Below, one piece after another: positions 1 to 9,570 of a stretch of 64,000 nt of DNA. The notes under the pieces are model-generated. The model was given only the letters and a program-made list of their open reading frames with translations. It made no database searches and was not told the origin of the DNA. Positions within the stretch are counted from its first letter, which is position 1, and each line of letters starts with the position of its first letter. A program made the position numbers and the translations under genes. Origin of the DNA: Thermoplasmata archaeon (lineage in GTDB: Archaea > Thermoplasmatota > Thermoplasmata > RBG-16-68-12 > JAFNFQ01); contig JBGPQV010000002.1 of the NCBI GenBank assembly GCA_041489255.1, forward strand, positions 64,001-128,000, read 5' to 3'.

Positions 1-55
1 CGGCGGCAAGGGCAAGGTCAAGTACCTGCTCGCGCCGAGGATAGAGAGCGACTGA
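1..55 (+). CDS. pcn: PCNA / DNA polymerase sliding clamp, 3' end only (truncated by window edge)
   Basis: Frame from base 2 reads GGKGKVKYLLAPRIESD*, the characteristic LAPRIE C-terminus of archaeal PCNA. Confidence 0.8.
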   Translation, partial: GGKGKVKYLLAPRIESD

Positions 56-58
56 TCT

Positions 59-730
59 CTACCTGGACCCCATCACTAGGATGTATGCCTGATCAGCGGA
101 AGCCTTGATCGAGTCCGTCGCGTTCTCGATCCCGACCAAGAGGTCGTTCAGGACCACGACGGCCTTGGCGTCCACGACCTCCTTGAGCATCATCTTCTTG
201 ACGCCGAAGTAGAGGTCGTCGACGATATGCTCGTACCTGTCCGCCTCTGCCCGCGCCCTCATCGCTTCTTCCCTATTCTTTCCCAGAGCATCGATGGTAA
301 CCTTCAAGAACCTGCAGCAGTCCACCGAGTTCTTCGTCATCTCCTTCAGGGCGCCCCAGAGGACTTCAGGGACCTCCTCGCCCGTCTCCACGATGAGCTC
401 GAGGTTCCTCGCCGCAACCTTGTACCAGTCCGCGATGTCGTCTATGCGCCTGACCAAGCGCATCAGGTCCTCCCTCTCCTTCGGATCCATGTCGCCCCGC
501 GACAGCTCCTCGAAAATCGAGACCTCGATGTTGTCCGCCGCCTTCTCGTCGAACTCCACCCGCTTGAGCGCCTCCGGAATCTCGTCCTTGCGGCCGCTGA
601 GCATGAAGCCCAGCGCCCTGTCGAGGTCCACCGCCGTGTCCAGCACCTTCCCGACGTGCTGCCTCGCCTTCACGATGACGCTCGATTCCTTCCTTCTCTC
701 CAGCCAGTCCAGCAATGGTCGCTCACTCAA
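59..730 (-). CDS. DUF47 / PhoU-like phosphate transport regulator family protein
   Basis: All-helical 223 aa with E..AD....I...L and ..D.IAD motifs repeated twice; start overlaps the stop of the upstream ABC ATPase. Confidence 0.8.
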   Translation of the reverse strand: MSERPLLDWLERRKESSVIVKARQHVGKVLDTAVDLDRALGFMLSGRKDEIPEALKRVEFDEKAADNIEVSIFEELSRGDMDPKEREDLMRLVRRIDDIADWYKVAARNLELIVETGEEVPEVLWGALKEMTKNSVDCCRFLKVTIDALGKNREEAMRARAEADRYEHIVDDLYFGVKKMMLKEVVDAKAVVVLNDLLVGIENATDSIKASADQAYILVMGSR

Positions 731-1820
731 GTTTCAATGCCTCCTGCAGTCCTGCGTAAGGTCGCGGGTAGACTCTGACATGCTCCAGGTCGAACAGGAC
801 AATCACATCCTCTCCTGTATTAAATCTTGCTTCATCAGCCATAGCGTCCACGATCATCGCGTCGCCGGTCCTCACCGCTACCTCGTACCTCACGTATGCC
901 CCGGCGAAGTGAACATCCTGCACCTTGCCGGTCAGCATCGGGGCCGCAGCCACCTTCGCGAGTGTGAGGTGCTCGGGACGGATCGAGACGACGACCGCCT
1001 GCCCCCGCCTGAGGCCGTCGCCCCGCACCCTGAGAAACTGCTCGTTCCTCAGCTCGATCACTGCCCAGGAGTCTATCGTCCTGTCGACGACGCCCTCGAG
1101 GAAGTTGCTCTCGCCCAGGAAGTTCGCTGTGAAGAGCTGCTTGGGGTTGTGGTACAGCTCAGATGGCGGGCCGTCCTCCACGACCTTCCCTTTCCTCATG
1201 ATCACTATCCTGTCCGCAACGGACATGGCCTCCTCCTGGTCGTGGGTCACGTGGATGGCGGTCAGACCAAGGTTCTTCACCAGCTTCCTCAGCGTGTAGC
1301 GCAGTTCCATGCGGACCCTCGCATCGAGCGCGGACAAAGGCTCGTCGAGGATGAGGAGCCCCGCCCTGGTTGCGAGAGCCCTGGCGAGCCCGACCTTCTG
1401 CTGCGCGCCGCCGCTGAGCTCGGAGGGGAATTTGTCGGATTCGTTAAGCATCTCGACAAGTTCGAGGGTCTCGTGACTTATCTTCTTCTGTTGCGTCTCG
1501 TCGAGTCCTTTCACTCTGGGCGAATATGCAGCGTTGTCCCATACGGTCAGGTGGGGGAAGAGGACTATGTTCTGAAAAACGTAACCGACGCGACGTTCCT
1601 CCGGAGGAATCCCGTTGACGCGCCTTCCGTCTATATAGACATCGCCCTCGGTCGGTTCCCAGATGCCGCTCACCATCTTCGCGAGGGTGGTCTTGCCGCA
1701 GCCGCTCGGCCCTAGTATGGCCAGGTACTCGCCGTCCTTGATCGTAAGGCTGACATCCTCTGCGGCGGTGACCTTGCCGAACCTCATCGAGACCTTGCGC
1801 AGCTCGACGGTGGGCATCAT
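723..1820 (-). CDS. ABC transporter ATP-binding subunit (PotA/CysA/FbpC-like, C-terminal TOBE)
   Basis: Walker A GPSGCGKT, signature LSGGAQQ, Walker B ILDEP, H-loop VTHDQEEA. Confidence 0.93.
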   Translation of the reverse strand: MMPTVELRKVSMRFGKVTAAEDVSLTIKDGEYLAILGPSGCGKTTLAKMVSGIWEPTEGDVYIDGRRVNGIPPEERRVGYVFQNIVLFPHLTVWDNAAYSPRVKGLDETQQKKISHETLELVEMLNESDKFPSELSGGAQQKVGLARALATRAGLLILDEPLSALDARVRMELRYTLRKLVKNLGLTAIHVTHDQEEAMSVADRIVIMRKGKVVEDGPPSELYHNPKQLFTANFLGESNFLEGVVDRTIDSWAVIELRNEQFLRVRGDGLRRGQAVVVSIRPEHLTLAKVAAAPMLTGKVQDVHFAGAYVRYEVAVRTGDAMIVDAMADEARFNTGEDVIVLFDLEHVRVYPRPYAGLQEALKLE

Positions 1821-2920
1821 TCCACCTCCAGTTCCTTGGCGAGACCACCTGGCGGTATCGGGAAGACCATGAAATTGCGCGGCTCAACCGCCAATCGGAC
1901 CTTGCTCCCTTCCTTGATTTGTTCCCCCTCTTCCGCCCTGAGCCGCACCTTGACGGGCAGCGTGGTCTCTGCGCTCGTCATCTCGAGCCCTATGAACTTG
2001 CCGAGGAAAAGCCGCCGGGTAACCTCTGCCTCGAATGTGTTGACCGCGTCCTCCCCATCTTTGAGCACCCTCACGTTCTCCGACTTCACCGCCAAGCACG
2101 CGTCCTGGCCCGGGTGCAGCTTGGAAGGCCTCGCCTCCCAATGTCGGGTCTTCGAGTGCAGCAAGGTTCTCTCCGGTGTCACTTCGTCAACCTCGCCAAG
2201 GAAGAAATCAGCCTCACCCAGAAACTGCGCCACGAATGGTCCAGAAGGATCATCATAGACTTGGCGGGAGAGCCCGAGTTGTTCGATCTTGCCGTGGCGG
2301 AGAATCGCAACGCGGTCAGCGACGAGCAGCGCCTCTTCTTGGTCATGGGTCACGTGCAGCGCCGTGATGCCCAAGTCCTTGCACAGCTTCCTTATGCTGA
2401 GACGCAGCGCTATCCTGAGACGAGCGTCCAATGCCCTCAGAGGCTCGTCGAGGAGAAGCACGTTAGTGCCGGCAGCGAGCGCCCTGGCGAGCGCGGTCCT
2501 TTGCTGCATCCCGCCACTCAGTTCCCTCGGAAACGCATCGCGCCTGTCGAGGAGGTTGACGAGCAGGAGCATCTCCCGGGCGAGCCTGTCAGTGTCAGTG
2601 GGCGGCAAGCCCTTCACTTCCGGGCTAAACCTGACGTTTTCCCACATGGAAAGGTGAGGGAACAACGAATAGGTTTGGGACATGTAGGTCAGTCCTCTCT
2701 CTTCCGGCGGCAGTTTCGTCACGTCCCTTCCTCCGATCAGGACATCGCCTTCGTCCGGCTGCGTCAGGCCAGCGATCATCCGCAGCAGGGTTGTTTTCCC
2801 GGCACCGGTGGGGCCGAGTATCGCCATGTATTCGCCGTTCTTGATTTCGAGGTCGATATGGTCTATCGCAATCCGCCCGTCGAAACGCTTCGCGATGCCG
2901 CGCAAGAGGATGTCAGGCAT
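1817..2920 (-). CDS. ABC transporter ATP-binding subunit (second paralog)
   Basis: GPTGAGKT, LSGGMQQR, LLDEP, VTHDQEEA. Confidence 0.93.
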   Translation of the reverse strand: MPDILLRGIAKRFDGRIAIDHIDLEIKNGEYMAILGPTGAGKTTLLRMIAGLTQPDEGDVLIGGRDVTKLPPEERGLTYMSQTYSLFPHLSMWENVRFSPEVKGLPPTDTDRLAREMLLLVNLLDRRDAFPRELSGGMQQRTALARALAAGTNVLLLDEPLRALDARLRIALRLSIRKLCKDLGITALHVTHDQEEALLVADRVAILRHGKIEQLGLSRQVYDDPSGPFVAQFLGEADFFLGEVDEVTPERTLLHSKTRHWEARPSKLHPGQDACLAVKSENVRVLKDGEDAVNTFEAEVTRRLFLGKFIGLEMTSAETTLPVKVRLRAEEGEQIKEGSKVRLAVEPRNFMVFPIPPGGLAKELEVE

Positions 2921-4646
2921 TCTTCCGCCTCCTGTGCGTGACGAACCTCATCAAGAGAATCGCCACGAAGGTGACGATGCTCAGCACGGCTATCAGCAGT
3001 CCTGCGGTGTACAGGTCCTTAGGTTGGTTCGTCGAGGGATCCTGCTTTGTGTAGTTCACAATCAGCACCGGAGCTGTCTGGACATTGCCGGAAACGGAAA
3101 TTGTAGCACCGGTCTCGCCTATGCTGCGCGTGAAGGCCATGATCGCTCCCGCCAGAATCGAGGGCTTGATTAGAGGGAAGACTATCTTCCTGAAAGCTTG
3201 GAACGGCCTCGCACCCAAGGACCTCGCGGTGTCCTCGTAGCCGCGGTCCAGCCCCTCCATCCCGCCGACGACGTTCCTCACGACGAACGGGAATGTGAAC
3301 GCGACATGAGCGAGGGTGACGAGGAGTATGTCGAAACCGCGAATCCCCATGTTTCTGTAGAAGAATCCGAGAGAGAGTCCGAGGGCGGCGCTGGGAACTA
3401 TGTAGGGGATATTGACCAGTATGTCGAGGACGCCGCCAAGCCGTTTGACTTTGCCCCTCGTTATGAGGACCGCCATCGGAATCCCCAGCAGCAGGTCGAC
3501 GGCAGTCGCCGCCGCGGCGATGCCGAACGAGAGCAATAGCCCATTCGTGAACGTCCCCCAATCCACTCCTTGGGTCGGCGAGGATGTTGCCATGTAGGCG
3601 GCGATGAAGAATGAGGGTACGAGCACCATTATCGCGAGGAAGAAGAAAGTCGCTCCGTCCCTTATTCGAGGAGCTGCGCCTTTGCTGAGCCTTGCTTCCG
3701 TGCTCGGCCAGACCTTCTTCCATGGTATGTGGAACTTGAGTGTGAGCACCTTAACGAGGATCAAGAGGAGCAGCGAGAAGAGGATCATGAGAACGCTCAC
3801 GAATGTCAGGGCCGGCAGCAGAGCGGATCCACCAGCATCGTATGAGCCCTTCCAGACGCCGATGAGCGCTGTACCATTGAGGCCGGAATTCTCGTTCAGA
3901 ACCCCACCGGAAATCAGTGTGAGCGCCGCCATCACCCCGCCGGTCTCGGAGAGGGCCTTCGCCAGACACAGGACGGCACCGGTGGCCAGCCCGGAGCGGA
4001 ACATCGGCAGGGTTATGGTCCGTGCTGCGGTGAGCTTGCTCGCCCCGCTTATCCGCGCGGCTGTCTCATACTCCAGGTCAATCTCGTCCAGTATTGCGGC
4101 GAGTGACCGGACCATGTAGGGGAAGGTCGTCGTGAGATGAAGGAGGACAAGTATCCAGAATGGCGAGCTTGTCCCTCCGAACAGAGACCACGCCCCCACG
4201 GGCCTGTTGACAAGGTTCGGGATCACGCCCCAGAAAAGGACGACTGAGATGCCGAGTCCCGCGGTGGGGACAGCGAGCGGTGAATCGATTATCGTGTTGA
4301 GAAGCGCCTTCCCTCTGAACTTCCGCCGCACGATGAACCAAGCGAGGGGCAGTCCGAATATCAGGTCCAGGAAGGTCACGAAGAAGGCAACGCCGAACGA
4401 GAGACCGATCGCGTTCCAGATTATATCCATCTTGGCGGGGTCGGTGAGGACCACCGTCTGTATGTCGTTCCAGCCCGTGAAAAGGTAGGAGAGGACGAAG
4501 AGGGTCGGGAGCAGCACCAGGAAAATGAAGAAGCCCACTACCAGCCCGTAACCTGTGCCTCTCACTCCTCTTCTTGAGAAAACGTCGAGAAGAGACCGCC
4601 GCCAGTCCGTCCCCCCTAGCCCCATCCGGGCTTTGGCCTCGTTCAC
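2913..4646 (-). CDS. ABC transporter permease with two fused BPD_transp_1 domains (CysT/W, FbpB-like)
   Basis: About 12 TM segments and two EAA-like loops (ETAARISGA; DTARSLGA). Confidence 0.88.
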   Translation of the reverse strand: MNEAKARMGLGGTDWRRSLLDVFSRRGVRGTGYGLVVGFFIFLVLLPTLFVLSYLFTGWNDIQTVVLTDPAKMDIIWNAIGLSFGVAFFVTFLDLIFGLPLAWFIVRRKFRGKALLNTIIDSPLAVPTAGLGISVVLFWGVIPNLVNRPVGAWSLFGGTSSPFWILVLLHLTTTFPYMVRSLAAILDEIDLEYETAARISGASKLTAARTITLPMFRSGLATGAVLCLAKALSETGGVMAALTLISGGVLNENSGLNGTALIGVWKGSYDAGGSALLPALTFVSVLMILFSLLLLILVKVLTLKFHIPWKKVWPSTEARLSKGAAPRIRDGATFFFLAIMVLVPSFFIAAYMATSSPTQGVDWGTFTNGLLLSFGIAAAATAVDLLLGIPMAVLITRGKVKRLGGVLDILVNIPYIVPSAALGLSLGFFYRNMGIRGFDILLVTLAHVAFTFPFVVRNVVGGMEGLDRGYEDTARSLGARPFQAFRKIVFPLIKPSILAGAIMAFTRSIGETGATISVSGNVQTAPVLIVNYTKQDPSTNQPKDLYTAGLLIAVLSIVTFVAILLMRFVTHRRRKNA

Positions 4647-4712
4647 TCGGGTGCTAGTAGAGATTGGCCGTTCATATGCATTTCCAACGCAATCTATGTA
4701 GACTACGGAGGC

Positions 4713-6053
4713 CTATTCGCCCACGTCCAACCCGCCGGCCTTCATCTGCTTCATGAGATGCCTGCGCATCTTCCTGTCGCTGGCGAACCCCTTCACCGCC
4801 TTTCGCGCCATGTTGTACTGCTTGAGGAGCTCCTTGACCTGGCGCGGAGACGTGCCGCTCCCCCGCGCGATGCGCATGACGTGAGAGGACTTGATTTCGC
4901 GCGGGTTGTCCATCTCAGCGTCCGTCATGCTATCCATGATGATCCTGAAGACGCGCAGCCTCTCCTGAGTCGCGTCGAGCTCCTCGTCTGACATCTTCCC
5001 GGGCATCCCGGGGAGCATGCTGAATATCTTCCTCAGCGAGCCCATCTTCGTGAGCATCTCCATCTGGTCGTACATCTCCCTCAGAGTGAACTTGCCCGAG
5101 AGGATCTTCTTGGCGGTCTCCTCCGCCTTCTCCTGGTCCATGGCCTCCTGCGCCTTCTCCAAGAGGGACTGCAGGTCGCCCATGCCGAGCATGCGGGAGA
5201 TGAACCTTGGCGGGTCGAACTTCTCGAAATCGTCTATCTTCTCTCCGACTCCGACGAAGACTATTGGAGCTAGAGTCTCCGCCACGGCGCTGAGCGCCCC
5301 GCCGCCCTTCGCGGAGCCATCGAGTTTGGTGAGGACGACCGACGTGACCCCGACGGCTTCGTGGAACGCCTTCGCCTGGGGCCCCGCCTGCTGTCCTGTG
5401 GTGGCGTCCATGACGAGGATGATCTCTTCGGGCTTGATGATGCCTGCCAGGTCCTTGATCTCCTCGATAAGTTCCGTCTCGAGCGAGTGACGGCCTGATG
5501 AGTCGAAGATGACCACATCGATGCTCTCGAACTGCTTCACGCCCTGTTTCGCGACCTTCCTCGCATCCTTCTCCTGCGGGTCGCCGAGGACCGGCACGCT
5601 GATGCTGTCGCCGAGCTGCCTCAACTGGTCATAGGCCGCGGGGCGGTGAGTGTCGCAGGCGACGAGGGCGACCGACAGACCGCGTTTCTGGAAGAACCTG
5701 GCGAGCTTGGCGATCGTCGTCGTCTTGCCCTGGCCATAGAGACCTACGAACAGGATTCGCTGGCGGGCGAGCGGAAAATCCTTTGGCTTTCCAAGAACCT
5801 TGACGAGTTCCTCGTAAATTATGCGGATGACGTGTTCCCTCGGGCTCATCCCTGCAGGCGGCTTCTCCTCCAGCGCTCGCCTCTGCACCCCCTTGGTGAT
5901 CTTCAGGGTGAGGTTCACGTTGACGTCTGCCTGCAAAAGCGCCCTCTGGATGTCCCTGACCACCTCCTTGATGAGGCTCTCGTCGATGTGCGAGGCGCCC
6001 GCTATGCGTCTTAGGACGTTGCGCAGGGAGCTGCCCAGAGATTCCAGGACCAC
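4713..6053 (-). CDS. srp54: Signal recognition particle protein SRP54
   Basis: LLQADVN, GLYGQGKTTT, DSSGRH, TKLDGSAKGGGALS, Met-rich M domain with RIARGSG. Likely GTG start at 6053 (ORF track starts at 6083). Confidence 0.96.
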   Translation of the reverse strand: MVLESLGSSLRNVLRRIAGASHIDESLIKEVVRDIQRALLQADVNVNLTLKITKGVQRRALEEKPPAGMSPREHVIRIIYEELVKVLGKPKDFPLARQRILFVGLYGQGKTTTIAKLARFFQKRGLSVALVACDTHRPAAYDQLRQLGDSISVPVLGDPQEKDARKVAKQGVKQFESIDVVIFDSSGRHSLETELIEEIKDLAGIIKPEEIILVMDATTGQQAGPQAKAFHEAVGVTSVVLTKLDGSAKGGGALSAVAETLAPIVFVGVGEKIDDFEKFDPPRFISRMLGMGDLQSLLEKAQEAMDQEKAEETAKKILSGKFTLREMYDQMEMLTKMGSLRKIFSMLPGMPGKMSDEELDATQERLRVFRIIMDSMTDAEMDNPREIKSSHVMRIARGSGTSPRQVKELLKQYNMARKAVKGFASDRKMRRHLMKQMKAGGLDVGE

Positions 6054-6205
6054 GCGAATGCCAACGACCGCATCATATTTCAAGGTGCGGAATGAACTCC
6101 CTGAGGGAGGTGCCCGCGAGGCAAATTGTCAAGTAGGCGGTGGACTCTGAGATGCCGGAAGCTGGCCGCGAGGCGGCTGGGTCCGGAGATGAAGCAGGTG
6201 GAGAC

Positions 6206-6931
6206 ATGGCAAACCGTGGCGGGAAGACGGATCACTCGCGATCATTACACCTGATCGTCATACTGGCGGTCTTCCTGTTTCTCGCCGTAGGCATCGCGCC
6301 TCCGGCCGCCGCCACCGAGGCGTCCATTGCGCCCGGCGGAATCCATGTCGAGAAGAAAGACGCCACGTCCGGCAGCACCCTGAGATGGGAATGGCATGCC
6401 TCATCCGACGTCGTCTTCTCGATTAGCCGCTCTTTGGACGCCGCAACTATTCTCTATTCATCGGAAGGGACCGCCAACTCCTCCACGCTTTCCATATCGG
6501 CAGACGACACATACCTGCTGCTGTGGGAAAACCAAGGAAACGACACGGTGATTCTCGACTTCACGATACAGGTCGACGCTGGGTCAGGCCCGGTATTGAT
6601 CCTGATATTGGTCGTGGTCGTCATCATCGGCACGTTGGCACTCATCTTCTTCCTCGTCACGAAGAGAGATAGGGCCAGGCGCGCCAAGGGCCCGGAGCCG
6701 CCAAAGACCACCGCCGTTCAGCCAGAGGGCGGTTGGCCACACGGCCAGCCGGCAAGCCCTGCTGTTTCGCCCTGCCAGAAGCGGCCCTCTACCTATCCGA
6801 TACCCCTTATCAGCCCCATCTTTGCAGGCGGCACATACTCGTCCGGCGGGAGCGTCAACTGCCCTCATTGCGGTGCAATGATTCCAGCGAATTCCAAGTT
6901 CTGCGTTTATTGCTTCGGCATGATGCCGTGA
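6206..6931 (+). CDS. Type I membrane protein: signal peptide, GOLD-like beta domain, TM helix, cytoplasmic zinc ribbon
   Basis: Hydrophobic N-terminus, beta-rich ectodomain (LRWEW...YLLLWEN), TM LILILVVVVIIGTLALIFFLV, C-terminal CPHC...CVYC. Start uncertain. Confidence 0.6.
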   Translation: MANRGGKTDHSRSLHLIVILAVFLFLAVGIAPPAAATEASIAPGGIHVEKKDATSGSTLRWEWHASSDVVFSISRSLDAATILYSSEGTANSSTLSISADDTYLLLWENQGNDTVILDFTIQVDAGSGPVLILILVVVVIIGTLALIFFLVTKRDRARRAKGPEPPKTTAVQPEGGWPHGQPASPAVSPCQKRPSTYPIPLISPIFAGGTYSSGGSVNCPHCGAMIPANSKFCVYCFGMMP

Positions 6932-7099
6932 TCTTGATCGCGTCGGTAACAGGGAGAGATGTGGCTCTCGAAAGATGGAGGGCAATAAAAAGAGGGAGGG
7001 CTAGGTTTGTCAGAAGGGATGGGATGCACTCTAACGTACTAGCCCGATATTCCCCCAGAAACAATTTATTCCAGACTATATAAGTCTTTTGTCAAGGTT

Positions 7100-8161
7100 G
7101 GCTTCGTCCAATAATTAACAACCTCCTTGGTTGATGCCGTTCCTGATGCGGAACCTGATGAGGAGACGGATGTTGTACGCTATCACCTTCAGCGCTGTCT
7201 CCCGCCTCTGGTTCCACCACTTCCTGCTCCTCAGGTAAGCGCCAAGCTTCCTCTTGAATGAAGAGTTGACAGCCTCTCCGTTTGACCTCTTGTGGTACCT
7301 CTTGTCGAATGACTCGGGGCGCTTCTTCTTGTGGAGGACCATCCGGCGCCATCCGGGATGACCTTTCGACAGCGTGGTGGCGTTTTCCTTGGGCATGAAG
7401 AAGGGCGTTCCTCCCCTGTCCTCCACGTACTGGGCGTTGTCCCTGGAGGCGTACGCCTTGTCTCCGCACACGTCTCCAAGCTCGCCCTCGATCCTCTCAA
7501 GCATGGGGATCAGCTGAGGGGAGTCTCCCCTCAGGGCGGATGTCAGCTCCCAGGAGTAGATTGGCTTGTCAGGCTGCCTGCACTCGCTCGCCAGGTGCAG
7601 CTTCCTGAACTCCTTCTTCCTGACCTTCTTGTGGAGGCGGAAGAGGTAGTACTCGCTTCTCCTCCTCTCCTCGACGCCTGAGCTGTCTGTTGCTACGTGT
7701 TTCTTTGGCGGTCGACCCCTTTTTTGAACTGGGAGGTGACCTTGTCGTTCAACTCCCTCAGCCAGGACTCGCTGATCCTCTGATGGGCCCTGTGTACGTT
7801 CGACTTCTTCGGGGCCCTCTTCAGGTCGAGATGACTGAGGAGTTCAGGCCTTGCATTCAGGTGGGAGGCCGTGTCCCTGTACTCAAGGCCTAGGTAGTTC
7901 ATGAGTATCAGGACGACAGCTGCCGCCCTCCAATGGAACTCCTCTGGTCTGCCTCTTCCTCTCTTCTTTGGACGACCCCTATTTTCCCGCCTCGTCCACC
8001 CGGGCGGCTTCTTGGCCTTCCACACGATGTCTATGGCGATCCCGATGAAGAGGTTCTCCTCATCACTGGACGCCCTCTCGTAGACCTGCCTGTTCGTAAG
8101 AACCAATTCCCATCCCGACTCCCCTATGGAGGTGCATCAAATCAAATTATTGGACGAAGCC
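7100..8161 (-). mobile_element. IS5-family insertion sequence (IS903-like ends), 1062 bp, apparently intact
   Basis: Perfect 17-bp TIRs GGCTTCGTCCAATAATT (7100-7116) and AATTATTGGACGAAGCC (8145-8161); 9-bp target duplication GTCAAGGTT at 7091-7099 and 8162-8170. Confidence 0.95.
7115..8106 (-). CDS. IS5-family DDE transposase split into orfA/orfB, joined by a probable -1 frameshift (about 330 aa)
   Basis: orfA 8106-7693 ends KKGVDRQRNT*. The -1 frame after C-AAA-AAA-G (7726-7719) gives HVATDSSG...KLH...GDKAY...YHKRSNGEAVNSSFK, the IS5 DDE motifs. Confidence 0.88.
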
Positions 8162-8373
8162 GTCAAGGTTCTACGCTACAATCTTGAGAGATTCGGGGAC
8201 ATCGCGGACGAGAACAATGAGCCAGGCGACTGGTTTTTCAGGGTCTGTCGATGGCGCTCACCACAGATGTCAGGGAGGCCCTCTTTAGTCCGGCGATTCT
8301 CTCTTTCCTGCTTGGTCTCGACCGGCAGGGCTCCGCCTGCAAGTGTCGATGCTCCAACGCCCTAGCTCATCGC

Positions 8374-9558
8374 TCAGATGATGCCGACCTGCTTGCCGCC
8401 ATTCACGAACGCGTCGAGCGCCTTGTCCAGGTCCTCGCGCTTCAAGCCGGCGTTCACCATGGTCCTGATCCGGGCCTTGTCCCTCGCGACCATGGGGAAC
8501 ACGATCGGGAGCGCGAACACGCCCGCCTCCCATAGCTTCTCGCTGAGGGCCTTCGCCTTGTGGCTCTCGCCGCACATCACGGGGGTGATCGGCGTGACGC
8601 TGTTGCCGATGTCGAAGCCCGCCGATCTCAGCTGCTTCTTCCAGTACTTCGTGTTGCTCCACAGCTTCTTCACGTGGCGGGGCTCCGTCTCGAGGACATC
8701 TATCGCTGCGATGCACGCCGCCGTGGTGGCTGGCGGATGCGAGCCGCTCAGCAGCCATGATCTGCTCTTGTTGAGTGCGAAGCTCCTCAGGTCGTTGCTT
8801 CCGGAGACATAGCCGCCAACGACGCCGAACGCCTTGGAGAAAGTGCCCATCTCGACTGTGATCTTGCCCTCGATGTGGAAGTGGCTGCCGCAGCCGCGTC
8901 CGCCCTCACCGAGCACGCCTTCGCCGTGCGCATCATCGATGTAGGTCATCGCACCGACCTCGTTGGTCAGCTTCACAATTTGATCGGCTGGGGCGACATC
9001 GCCATCCATGCTGAAAACGCCATCGCTTATGACGAGGATGCGGCGGTACTTCTTGTCCGCCTCCTTGAGGACCCGCTCCAGGTCGGCCATGTCACAGTGC
9101 TTGTAGATGCCCCTCTCGGCCTTTGTCAGCCTGACGCCATCAATGATGCTGCCGTGGTTGAGCTCGTCGGAGATTATGATGTCGCCCTCTCCCGCCAGCT
9201 GTGGGATAAGGCCCTGATTCGCGGCGAAGCCGCTCATGTAGTACAGCGCTGCCTCGGTCTTCTTGAACTTCGCGATGCGCTTCTCGAGCTCGATGTGCAG
9301 GTCCATGTTCCCCGCAATCGGCCTCACCGAGCCGCTTCCGGCGCCGTGCGTCTTGACCGCTTCCTTCGCCGCCCTCTTGATCTTGGGGTGGTTGCTGAGA
9401 TTCAGGTAGTTGTTCGAGCACAGCATGATGACCTCTTTGCCGTCCACAATCGAGTGTGGCGCCGACGGCCCCTGCAGCGTCCTCAACTTCCAGTCAAATC
9501 CCTTCTGCACCAAATCGTCGTATTCAACCTTCAGGAATCCTGTTGCGTCTCTCTGCAT
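8374..9558 (-). CDS. kbl: Glycine C-acetyltransferase (2-amino-3-ketobutyrate CoA ligase), BioF/Kbl family
   Basis: CSNNYL, DELNHGSIIDG, DGVFSMDG, DDAHG, GTFSKAFG; lies directly downstream of tdh. Confidence 0.9.
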   Translation of the reverse strand: MQRDATGFLKVEYDDLVQKGFDWKLRTLQGPSAPHSIVDGKEVIMLCSNNYLNLSNHPKIKRAAKEAVKTHGAGSGSVRPIAGNMDLHIELEKRIAKFKKTEAALYYMSGFAANQGLIPQLAGEGDIIISDELNHGSIIDGVRLTKAERGIYKHCDMADLERVLKEADKKYRRILVISDGVFSMDGDVAPADQIVKLTNEVGAMTYIDDAHGEGVLGEGGRGCGSHFHIEGKITVEMGTFSKAFGVVGGYVSGSNDLRSFALNKSRSWLLSGSHPPATTAACIAAIDVLETEPRHVKKLWSNTKYWKKQLRSAGFDIGNSVTPITPVMCGESHKAKALSEKLWEAGVFALPIVFPMVARDKARIRTMVNAGLKREDLDKALDAFVNGGKQVGII

Positions 9559-9570
9559 TCTCTCTCCTCC

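Noticed and set aside
8126-8365. ORF spanning the IS right end, suggesting an interrupted gene
   Set aside because: It starts inside the IS, and the reconstructed empty site shows no convincing reading frame.
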